Below, in pieces: positions 13,002 through 23,886 of a stretch of DNA of 64,000 nt. A program made the translations under genes and the position numbers. The stretch covers positions 12,650,001 through 12,714,000 of the forward strand of contig OZ249436.1 of the NCBI GenBank assembly GCA_965235115.1. Reading direction: 5' to 3'. This DNA comes from Laetmonice hystrix. Lineage: Eukaryota. Below the pieces are notes generated by a model. It saw only the letters and a list, made by a program, of their open reading frames with translations. It did not search any database and had not been told where the DNA came from. The first letter of the stretch is position 1. Each line of letters opens with the position of its first letter.

Positions 13002-13360
13002 GGAAATTACTGCCAATGTTAGGCCTACTGTAGTTTGACAGTTACTCTTGTTGTGTTCGATCAAGACAATAAGCGACTGTAAATTTACAAGAAAACATGG
13101 TAAATTTACAAGATATAAAACTTTAAAAGGAACAGCGCATGCTGCTGTTATATTAGAAATTACTGCCAATGTTATAGGCCTACTGTAGTTTGACAGCTAT
13201 ACGCCTACTCTTGCTCACACTCCTTCCCATGATCCTCTTCGTAGTGAAGACTCATGGGAAGGAGTATGACTCTTGCTGTGTTCGATCAGTACAATAAGCG
13301 ACTGTAAATTTACAAGAAAAAATTGTAAATTTACAAGATATAAAACTGTAAAAGGAACAG
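13002..13360 (+). repeat. Local tandem duplication of ~135 bp; second copy carries a 53-bp insertion
   Basis: GAAATTACTGCCAATGTTA...AAAAGGAACAG at ~13003-13135 and ~13156-13360. Confidence 0.9.
13216..13268. mobile_element. 53-bp hairpin mini-element with 9-bp TSD
   Basis: CACACTCCTTCCCATGA...TCATGGGAAGGAGTATG; ACTCTTGCT at 13207-13215 and 13269-13277. Confidence 0.85.
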
Positions 13361-13708
13361 TGTTCCACTAGGCCTAACGAAAGACGTCTTTAGCAAAGAC
13401 GTCGGAAAGTTAGTGGAACACCCAGTGGCGGATCCGGGGGGGGGTGTCGGCGACGTCGGCCCCCCCCCCTCAAATTTGCCAAATTTATTTTTTTATAACC
13501 CAAATGCCTTATTGTTTTTACAACGGACCCCCCCCCCCCCTTGATTTGCCGTTTTTATGCTGGACCCCCCTAGCTAGGACCACCCCCCCCCCCCCGAATT
13601 TAGACCACGCTATAGATGCGCCCCTGACACCCGTCGCCGCAAAGACCTGTGGATTTGGGCTCAACGACCATTTCAAAGACGTCTTTCGGGCTTAGTGGAA
13701 CGCACCCC
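13358..13708. mobile_element. Harbinger-like MITE interrupted by a hAT-like MITE
   Basis: GTGTTCCACTAGGCC..GAAAGACGTCTTT left, AAAGACGTCTTTCGGGCTTAGTGGAACGCAC right; the TCCACTAAGCC core resembles the TIR of 4751-6900. Confidence 0.65.
13423..13626. mobile_element. hAT-like MITE with 5-bp TSD, nested
   Basis: CAGTGGCGGATC...GATGCGCCCCTG; ACACC at 13418-13422 and 13627-13631. Confidence 0.8.
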
Positions 13709-14310
13709 TGAAACGTATCTGGAGTTAGCATTCCCGCCAAATACCATGCAGTTGGCCACCCGTAGGCCTACCCATCTAGGCCTAGGCCTAATTGGTAAAA
13801 GTTATAAATCTGTAGCCCCCCCCCCCCCCCCTATAGCGTCAATAGTCTATCACAGGTTAAGGCCTACTTTTACTTTCAGTAGGCCCTAGGCCTTATTATG
13901 AGCCAGACCTCGAGATGACCCTTTGGTACTGCTATAGCCTAGCCTACATGTAGGCCTATAATAATTGATAATCGATCAGTCAAAGAGATAGGGTAGGCCT
14001 ATAGACTAATTATAGTAGCCTACACCGCCGGGGACCATGTGGCATGGCCATGGGCTATGACCGACGCGCACAAGTTTGCAGGCGCAGCCAATTTTTCTGT
14101 ATTGAACTTTTTTCTCTATTAAACTTTCCATGCTAACCCAGCTTTTTGACAAATTTAGCACATGACATTCCTTTCTGATGATTAGGCGCACATTTTCCAG
14201 GAAGATCGATATAGGCCCTATTAGCCTAAAGGCCGTTTCCAAACCAATGTCAACACGTTAAATGTTTGCAGATACCAAGCACCCCCGCGCCTCCTGAATG
14301 GACCAGACCG

Positions 14311-14345
14311 TTTCCCGCGCTTGCACAGGAAAATATAAATAGATC
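14311..14345 (+). promoter_or_regulatory. Probable BHMT core promoter (TATA box)
   Basis: TATAAATAG at 14334-14342, ~135 nt upstream of the ATG, in a CpG-rich stretch; CCAAT near 14087 and 14244. Confidence 0.55.
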
Positions 14346-14476
14346 CCCACCAGATCTACGCACACACTATCCAACACAACTGCTCTGGAGCTGAGACTGG
14401 AGGAGAGGCAACGTCAACTCACGCTACTAGGCCTATAATATAATCTCCTATTCTCAACGAAGTTTTCGCCATCACA

Positions 14477-17400
14477 ATGTCGACGGTAGGTTTACTGTCT
14501 TTACCTAACCTAGCTAGACTATGCCTGCTATGGCCATGTGAATATGATGATGAATATAATATTGATAGATTTAGTAGTTGGCGCAGGTCGCTTGGGCCGA
14601 GCGGTCAGCATGGTCAGGAATGCTGCAGAGGATGGTAGCCGCGTACGTGGCCGCATGGGCTTGGATTAGAAGTTAGCCCTATGCTATAGTCTATAGATCC
14701 TCGGTAGTATAACAGTTGTACGACGGTAACATTTGTAGGCCTAGATTTAAGAACGTCAGCAGTGATGTTTTAAGAGCACCCCCCCCCCCCCCCAAGACGC
14801 GACAGTTTTATGAATAATTTATGGCGCTAACGTTAGGGGCGGACCATTTTGATACGGGGGGGGGCTATGGTTTTTCTTTTAATGAGCACACTTTTTTTTG
14901 CCTCCAGGCCAAAGCTGTCTTTTTTCCCTCGCTATGATCAAACTATTTTTTTCCTATTTCGACAATACTAATAGTAATAGGCCTATGGAACAATCTTTTT
15001 TTTGTGTTTGGTGAACATGTTTTTTTTTTCAAAAAGAGCCTAGCCCTAAAATTATATGTTAATTTACATTTGACCATGAGGCCAAAATGATTAACCCCCC
15101 CCCCCCCCCAACCCATGTGTACATGACTGATGTGACTGACCACTCTCTGGTATGACCTTTATGTTGTATGACTAGTACTAGTAATAGTATGACGTGTGAC
15201 ACTCTTTGACATCATTAATATTTTAATGCACATAGAAAGTCAACTATAAAAATGTTAGAAATCTACTCATGCAATGCAATATAGGCCTAGGCCGAAGCTA
15301 AGGCATGTTGCTTGATTGAGGTGTGGCAATGTTCTAAAAACTATTACAGACTACAGTATAATAATTTTACAGGGCTCGAATTAACCGGATTCGCATTGCA
15401 ATTTGCATGCCAAAATCAGTCTATTGCGAAACAAATTAGGAGATGAGTTGCAAAATATTGTCTATTACTGCTTCTACAAACCAGATAACTCAGTAATTAT
15501 TCTGAATCGAAATTTTTAAAGTATTTTGAGCCCTGCATTAATGTTTCCCAGAGATGATGTTAACCCATGGCATGGGCCATGCAGCTGTGAACAAGTTGTG
15601 AGGTAGATTTAGTTAATTGCATAGCGGTACTGGTTAAATTTTAGAGACATGCAGTTGCCAATCAGTTGCCATAATTGCAGATTATATTTAACCAGTCACC
15701 ACTGGAGGATCAAGGGTATTAAATGTTGGTGATCATGATTTATAACTGGTTAGGTCTATGCTGAAGCTTACAATAGGCCAAGTGTCATTTGAGATCCCAA
15801 TCAGTGCTCTTTAGAGGTAATATAAGTTCGATTTTTCTACCCGTGATATTGTTCTGCCCCCCTGATATTGTTTGGCCCTCACATTGGACGACTGGGATAT
15901 TATTTTCCAGCAGACCTGGTTCCCTCTGCTGTCAATGTGAACTGTAGAGTACCTGTACGGTAAAGAATTTAAGATTCAGTCTTGTTTATTGAAGGTCATA
16001 TTGACTTGGTTCTCTTTGTAGGGTACCTACCCATTGCTTGGGTAAAAGCAGACCAAGAAACATGGTGCCTCCAGCCTGTTCACATTTTATTATACTATAG
16101 TGTTGTTTCATGAGTAATGAAATGAAACGTTTGATGCATGAGGAAATCCCAATGTACAGATAGTACGACCTTTCCAAACTTTCTTTCTCTGAATAGAAAT
16201 TTGTGTATCTTTCAATGAGAGGCTAAACTTCGAAAATAAGAAAGTTCATACATTTGGCTTAATAAAACAAAATTAAAATATTAGATCTATTTTCAAATCT
16301 CTGGCTTACTACTAAGTTACTAGTATAATATTTTTCCAAAGGGGGATAAACTCTCTCAGTATAATCAGACTGCCGAAATTCCTTTTAAAAATCATCGAAA
16401 ACCGACAAGAAAAAGATAGACCATGCTGCGTTTTCAAGGAGATTGTACATATCAATATGTACCTCACCAGTCTTGGAATGGTTCGGCCATGAGCAGCTAC
16501 TTGCCCAGAGATCTGCCACAAAAGAATGTACAGACACCCTTGTTGGGTCTTGACAGGGTCGCATGGTACAAACGAGTGTTGTATCTTGGTTGGTGAGTAA
16601 ACCTTATCAAACCTCAGTGTTCATCACTCTCTTTCTGCAGCTTCTTCACAGTCAGGACCACACAACTCTGCAGCTCCTTAAGTAATCTTAGCCCTATATT
16701 GAGGATCATTCATGTACCCCTCTTTACTTTGATTATGGACACAGAATTTATGATGCATCATTAATTCCAGGAGACATATTTGGGCTGGCATACCGACGTT
16801 CAGTGCAGTAATTTAAAGTTATGAAGTGTCTATATTTGATGACCAATCTCCACTCACTGATAACCAAGCAACTTTCCATTTAAGGCTAAAAAAGGGATTC
16901 TTGAGCGTCTGGCTGAAGGTCCCGTAATTGGGGATGGAGGATTTGTCTTTGCCCTGGAGAAACGAGGCTATGTGAAAGCTGGGCCCTGGACTCCAGAAGC
17001 AACAGTGGAGCATCCTGAAGCTGGTATGAGTCTCACAATTACTTTGTGTATAATTTATGATCTATTTCAGAGTTACTATGTGCAACTAGCTTTAATCATA
17101 TGACTGGACTTTTTTCTTGTGGGGGCGGGGGGGGGGGGCTGACTCTAAACATTTTATTTGATATTCAATGGGATGATACTTATGATGCTCTGGTTCAAAC
17201 ACAAATTCATCTTTTCATGAGGATCTTTTTTCAAATGTTTCATGTCAGATCTGAGCAGATAAAAGCAACTTTAAAAACAGAAAAAGATATGAACACATCA
17301 ATCTATTTGGATGCATAGTCAGAGATCTCCCCACCATATGCATCCAGTTTTGTCACCAACCACTCCAGTGGGTACTTTTTAGGACTGTAGTGTTCGTGAA

Positions 17401-20400
17401 CACCTTATGTATCTAATCTCTGACCAAGACAAAATCTTACCTTTCCTTTGATACTGATAACAGGATTTGAGTATGCCTCTAGCTCTCTCTAGAGGAGCCC
17501 TTTAACTGTAGAAGCTGCAGTGGGCTGATAGGCATCATGGGGGAGGGGGAGGATTGGTTTAGATTATCATAATTCCTTGTGAACCATGGTGTATCTGTCA
17601 ACACTGGCAGGAGCTGGGGGTCAAGTCCAGGTCAATCTGGTGAAACCATCTACAGCAGGCAAAACTTGTCTGTTATCAGTCCTGTTAGCCTATCCCATGA
17701 TAAGTTAGCGGTGTGGTCAGTCGGTGTGCAGAGGTAACCCCACTCAAATTCCGGACAAAACCAGTTCTATCCAGTTTGGCGGTTAGGTAGGAGGGCAAGG
17801 ACAGTGGAAGCTGTACAAACAGCAGATATGGGTTACGGAGGGGAGTTGAGTGCAAACTTGCTGTCTGTTCAGGCATCCAAAAACGATACAAAAATGTACC
17901 TATTTACAAACAGAAAGCGTTGAAGCTACCCAACTCATGAAGAAGGCCCAGTGGTGTTGAGGTTGTTAAAAGTTTTTATTTAACAATAGAACTTATGTTT
18001 CGACTCTAGAAGTCTTCGTCAGGGTTTACAAACAACACCCTTAGATGCAAAACCTGATAAAAAGTAGACAAAGGTTTTAGGAAACATGCATGGTAAATCT
18101 ACAAGACAGAAATTTAAATCTGTTTATGTAAGTAAAGATGTATATGACTTGAGACATAGATGACCCCCCCCCCCCCCCCCCCCCCCCCGCAAGTGACCTG
18201 CATACCAACACCAAAGCCCACTGAACCACTGACGACATTCTGTAATGTTAGAACTGAGACTCGGTAAAATGAGTTAGAAATACTCATCATGCAACCCCCC
18301 TCCCTTACTGCTCTGCTGGTTCTGCCTGGGTTTGCATGACCTGCATTTAAAATCTTGGAATTTGGAACCTCAGTGCTGTCTGCACTAGGGATCATTACTA
18401 ATACCCCGAGGGGTGCAGTTTTGGTACACCTGACATGTTACACTCAGTATACCTTCAGTTTCATGATCCAGACTAACATTTAGTTTCACACACACAAAAA
18501 TTGAACTAGTTAGTATAAGTATAAATAATTTTATACTGAGAATGTTTGTGTGTTAAGTATTTGAAATGAAATAAACAAACAAATAAACTGGTTGCAGGCT
18601 CAGTTGCAAGTATGTCTTGTACTTGTATAGATCTCGCGTTTTGTTCATCATTGCATGTTTGAGGTGAGCAAATGAAATTTTTTCTAACTCATTGGTTATT
18701 ATTGCAGTGCGTCAGCTGCATCGTGAGTTTCTCCGGGCTGGCGCTGACATCATGCAAGCCTTCACCTTTTACGCAAGTGATGACAAGTTGGAGAATCGTG
18801 GTAATGAAGCCCAGTCTAAGCACAGCGTAAGTTCACTGCCCTTCACTACCCTGGCGATCTTCTAGCTGTTTGCCAGTTCTAAGTATAAATATCGATCAAA
18901 ATATAAAGGAAAGCAAAATAATATTTATGCATGCATGTTAAAATGCCTAATCTATGGTTAAAGGTATTTTATCATCCCTTTTTATATTGTGGTTGCCGTT
19001 AATGGAGGTACCAAAAATGGATTTTCCTATTAGTATAAGAAGGAAACAAACCGCATACAATATAGTTTGGTCTTTAATTTGAAGGGTGAAGCCATCAATC
19101 AAGCAGCCTGTGAGCTTGCCAGGGAAGTGGCCAATGAGGGGAATGCCCTAGTCCTTGGAGGCATTTGTCAGACTCCATCATACTTGAGTGGCAAAGGGAA
19201 GGATGCGGTGCAGCAAGAATTCCGAAAACAGATTCAAGTTTTTGTCAAGAATGAAGTTGATTTCCTGCTGTGTGAGGTTTGTGTAAAATAATGTCTGTGT
19301 CGATACTTTGGTTAATTTTGAATGGGCCAAGTTTGGGAAGTATTCACCAAACCCAAACGGAAAGGGAAGACTATTAAGTAATCTGAAGCTGGTTAAGTTT
19401 AATTTTTGAAACATCTTCTACAACTATGACTGATTGGAATGTTTACGTTTATATGGTATCTTTTTTTTTAAAGTACTTTGAGCACATAGAGGAGATGGAG
19501 TGGGCGATTGGGGTGTGCAGAGAAACAAAGCTCCCTGTAGCTGCAAGTATGTGTATTGGACCTGAAGGTGACCTTCACGGAGTCACAGCAGGAGACTGTG
19601 CTGTCAGGATGGCCAAAGCAGGTAGGAAAATCTATATCCCTGGTATCCCTGGTGGTTAGGTTGAAAATAAGACCAGAAGAAGGGGTTGGAGTGATGAGGA
19701 ATGAGATGGTATATCGTACCTATCAGTACCAAAAATAATTTAATCGCCAGGTAAAATATCTGCATTGAAAGGTCTTATCTCAACAAAACTACATGAAATG
19801 GGATACATCATATTCATCTCCTTTTGAGTCAAATTCAGCTTTTCGCACTTTTTTGTGGGTGTTTGTGTTATGATTTAAGTCCTTCAATTTCTAATTTTAG
19901 CAGCATTGCTCAGTGTGAACATTTGCATTATGTTTTATTTCACTCTGACTGGGATCCTGTTTGTGAACATGTTCTTGGATTATGGGTGCACATGTTTAGT
20001 TTGTGCTATGTACTATCTGGATGAAGTCAGTAATTTTGGTTTTGTGGGGTTTTTCACAGGCGCAGATATTGTGGGCATCAACTGTCACTTTGACCCCCAA
20101 ACGACCTTAGTGGGGATGAAGAAGATGAAAGATGCCTTAGACGCAGCAGGTCTTAAACCTTACCTGATGTGCCAACCGCTGGCATTTCGGACTCCGGATG
20201 CTAACAAACAGGGCTTCATTGACCTTCCTGAGTTTCCATTCGGTAAGTACCATCAAAACTGCTACTGTATCGCATAGTATTTTTCACACAGGTCACAGGC
20301 AGGAAAATGCCAACAATTTAAAACAAAAAGCATTAGGGCAGTGAGTTTTGTTGCTTTTCCTGATATTGTGTGTGTTTAATTTTCACGAAGCTCGATTTGT

Positions 20401-21090
20401 TTGATAGGCCTTGAGCCAAGGATATGTACTCGGTGGGAGATGCACCAGTATGCCCGTGATGCATACGACATGGGCATTCGGTACATTGGAGGATGCTGTG
20501 GGTTCGAGGCTTACCACATCCGGGCGTGTAGTGAAGAGCTGGCAGCGGAGAGGAAACGTCTACCCAAAGGTTCAGAGAAACATGACATGTGGGGAGGTGG
20601 ACTGAAGATGCACACCAAACCGTGGGTGCGTGCCCGGGCTCGCAAGGATTACTGGCAAAATTTGAACCCAGCCTGCGGTAATGCTTACGCTGCAGCTTAC
20701 TCCAAACCCGACTCATGGGGATGCACTGCGGTATGTTGTGTTTTAAGACTGGTTATATGTTGTATACATGTGTGTTTGTTTCCTGGGGTTAGGTTTAATG
20801 GCTGTAATATAGGAGTCGTCTGGCATGATTACAGACATAATCATGTAGAATGTGTTTAATTAATTGCAATAACGTTCCTGATGACTAAATAGAGCCTTTG
20901 ATTTAAAATTGAAAAATTCTAGTATCCACTGGTGTACACATGTCTTGTTATACTAAAATGTGATAAAGCTTTGTTTTCTTTTCAGGGGGATAAACTCTTG
21001 CAGCAGAAGGTTAATACCACGACAGATGAAGAGCTCAGTGAACTGTTCAGCCGTAACCAAACGTGTTCTGAAGGAAATGGAGAGCGTTAA
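14477..21090 (+). CDS. BHMT: Betaine-homocysteine S-methyltransferase, 8 coding exons, 405 aa
   Basis: Exons 14477-14485, 16885-17023, 18708-18826, 19085-19276, 19474-19621, 20060-20242, 20408-20730, 20986-21090; all GT-AG, phases consistent, total 1218 nt. Translation has [56 protein letters not shown] and GGCC (Zn ligands), [30 protein letters not shown], all typical of BHMT. The 9-nt first coding exon is the least certain. Confidence 0.97.
15370..15535. mobile_element. hAT-like MITE in BHMT intron 1; short member of the family at 30687-31656
   Basis: CAGGGCTCGAATTAACCGG..CGCATTGCAATTTGC ... AAAGTATTTTGAGCCCTG; both ends are shared with the longer copy. Confidence 0.75.
17975..18028 (-). 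mobile_element. Penelope-like terminal-repeat remnant with a degenerate hammerhead ribozyme core
   Basis: Minus strand CTGACGA-A-GACT(tctag)AGTC-GAAAC..., followed by AATAAA; stem I does not pair. Confidence 0.5.
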
Positions 21091-21590
21091 CGATACTGAT
21101 AATTAAAATTTTAAATCCACACCTAAAACAAACCCTTTTGGAACATTCCTATAATATAGCTTCTGCAGCACCAATTCCCATATTGTAGCTTCTCACCTGT
21201 CGCCAAATTGATTAGAACAAGTCTGATTACTAAATCCTACATACAAGATCGTACTACAATTGAGTAGCAAACCAGACCCCATCACTTTATAGCAAAGGGA
21301 AAAAATTGGCCATAAGGTTGTCTATTTTTGACCAGCCAAAATAAAGTGAGTACTGTACCGTATATGTACTGGTACGATTATATAGTACTGTATACGTTCT
21401 TCCCAAAATCACGTTGACGATTGTATACCCTCACGGTAAAGGTCGGATATATGTATTATGAGAGTTATAACTTTTTAAGGTTGAATATTCATTGCGAGTC
21501 TCACTCACTCGGGCAAGACGATGGTTAAGCGGAGTATCTTTCAAATCTTTCTTTCAGTCGATCCCTGGAAGTACTTGTATATGGACTTGA

Positions 21591-21636
21591 AATAAACTTG
21601 GCACAAACGGGTGTTTTCAGTCCGACTCAATTTATT
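21591..21636. terminator. Facing poly(A) signals of the convergent BHMT (+) and JMY/WHAMM (-) genes
   Basis: AATAAA on + at 21591-21596; TTTATT at 21631-21636 (AATAAA on -). A more proximal BHMT AATAAA lies near 21340. Confidence 0.5.
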
Positions 21637-21728
21637 TTCTTTTAAATCTTAAAATAATTACAGCAGGTGTTTCTGATCAAACAAATTCCCCCATAAGCTC
21701 CGGAATCGAGGGGGGGGGGGATACTCTT

Positions 21729-21963
21729 ACTGTATGCCGCCATGTCGAAGAGTGGCGCCCCCTGGATATCCGTCCCAAGTCGGTTGACTTCTATAAATAA
21801 CCTGCTCTGCTCAAAGCCGCCTGGCTGTGCGTGTTTAGCACCGGGAGTGTACCGGTAGTTCAGTTAGAACCTATTTCCCCACATCATAGTCGGATCAGTA
21901 AACCAACTTGGTACGGATATCCAGAGGGCGCCACCCTTTGACATGCTATGTCGAAGATACAGT
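21729..21963. mobile_element. MITE with ~60-bp imperfect TIR in the putative JMY 3' UTR
   Basis: ACTGTAT..CATGTCGAAGAGTGGCGCCCCCTGGATATCCGTCCCAAGTCGGTT versus AACCAACTTGGTACGGATATCCAGAGGGCGCCACCCTTTGACATG..ATACAGT. Confidence 0.8.
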
Positions 21964-23674
21964 GGGCCTTTAATATTTTCCAGTGCTCAATGTCGTTTGT
22001 AAAGAACGGTTTTCTTTCCTACGTTATTAGTGCTGAAGGGCTACCTGACTTCACCGGGGGTAGGAGGTGGCGGTAACTGGTTATGACATAAGTTTTGTCT
22101 ATAAAGCTACATGGAAGGAGCAGGATGCACCCAGATACATAACAGCATAAATAAATATTAGTAATCACAGGCCTACATATCAGAGTTGCAACCTTTGCTT
22201 CCTTTCAGTCTTGAATTAGCATACATGTACATAAAAACTGCATTATATAACAAGTGGAGGAATTGGTTGCCTCTGTGATAGGCCTCGCTCAGTCAAAGGC
22301 ATTGGCACACGAACGTACAAATACAGTTTACCTAAACTGAATTAAGTAGGTTAATCATCAACATAAATGGTGTTGCACGACCAGAACAAAGAAAAGGCCG
22401 CATTGAACCGGTCGTGTCATTTAGGAGCTAGGGCCTGACAAAAGACTGAATACGGGTTATCTTCTTTTTCAGTTGGCCATGTGTACTGACAATTTCAATG
22501 GTCTTCATATTCATGGAAATTTAACACTGTATGGAACACTTGGATAATGGAAGATAATTTTTCACAATATGGTGGCATTAGCGATGAATAAAATCAAAAG
22601 TGGGAGAAACGGTCTGCCAACAAGACGAGAATGTGAAGTTTGATGTAGTACACTGGTACTGAGAAATAGCCATGTTGTGCCTGTTTAAACTTTCCAGCTA
22701 AGCATTGAGCCCATCCTCACTGACGACAATCGCAATTGAGTGGGCAACGAGCAGTGATTTTAAAACATCTGTATCCATCTTCAAAAGTGAATTTTCAGTT
22801 AGATTTTCTTCAAAGATTGTTAACCTTTAATTTTGGCAATATGACATTACCAGCTACAGTACATATTATGTTCTTGTTTCCGACGACAAAATCGAGTCAG
22901 AAATACCACCTAGGCGCCAAGGTATTTGAAGGTCAATGCACAGAGACGCATCTCGGTGTGAAGAAACCTGTAGTGTCCGTGACATAGGTATTTTTTTCAG
23001 ATGCCGAATAACGTACTCTTTCACGACATCTTTAATTTCAGGCTTACAACATATCATCTATTATAACGATACCCAAAGATACTTTACTTCTCCTTTCCAA
23101 AATACCGGTAGATGAATCATCTGTTGGAATAGGTGTACGAATAAACTACTGTGCATTGTATATAGTTGCGACAAATTTGCAATTCTAGATGAATGGATCG
23201 GTGGCTTTGTTTGGATTAGTGTGAGACCAGTAAGAAGTAGCCCAAGGGTGAATAATCGTCGTTTAGGCCAACATAAACATACGGTAATAGAGACAATGGT
23301 ATCTCAGGTTTCGACGGGTAAAGAATTCCTAACAAATCAGAAGTACCTGCTAACAAGATAAGACTTCTATGCATGAAGGTGAATATACAGAAAATAAAAC
23401 TTCCGTGCTCTTTAGCAAGGATAACGACCTGCAGCCATTGGGGTGAATAACTCGGTCCTTTACCAACCTTTAGCAGAGTAATTCATTGTACTGGTGATCA
23501 AAACAGTGATATATATCTAAACCTAAACACTGAAGATCGCTTTCTGTTTTATGTAAATAATGGGGTAAAACATGGTTTCTGGTATATAGGTGTACTGTTA
23601 ATGAAAGAATTTAAAATCAATCTCTTATCTAAGTCAGCCTTGTACACTACTCTGTACAATGTCTACCTCTTCAG

Positions 23675-23773
23675 GGCCAAGTTCGTAAAAAACTTCGGAT
23701 TGGCTGGTCCTCTTAGACTGGTCAAACAAAGCGTTAAGCTTAAGTGACATCTTAAGTTTTTACGAACTGGGCC
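23675..23773. mobile_element. 99-bp MITE with CAG TSD (PIF/Harbinger-related) in the JMY 3' UTR
   Basis: GGCCAAGTTCGTAAAAA...TTTTTACGAACTGGGCC; CAG on both flanks. Confidence 0.7.
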
Positions 23774-23886
23774 CAGAGTCTGAGCTTTTCGTTCACCAAG
23801 TTCTCATTTTCCATGTGTTACATAATCATGCCTTTACATTTCAATTTCCTACCGTCCATTACAATAGCATCACCTGGTATTAACTA

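Noticed and set aside
14100..14250. Osmotic response (TonE/NFAT5) elements upstream of BHMT
   Set aside because: TGGAAA cores occur on the minus strand but none fits TGGAAANNYNY.
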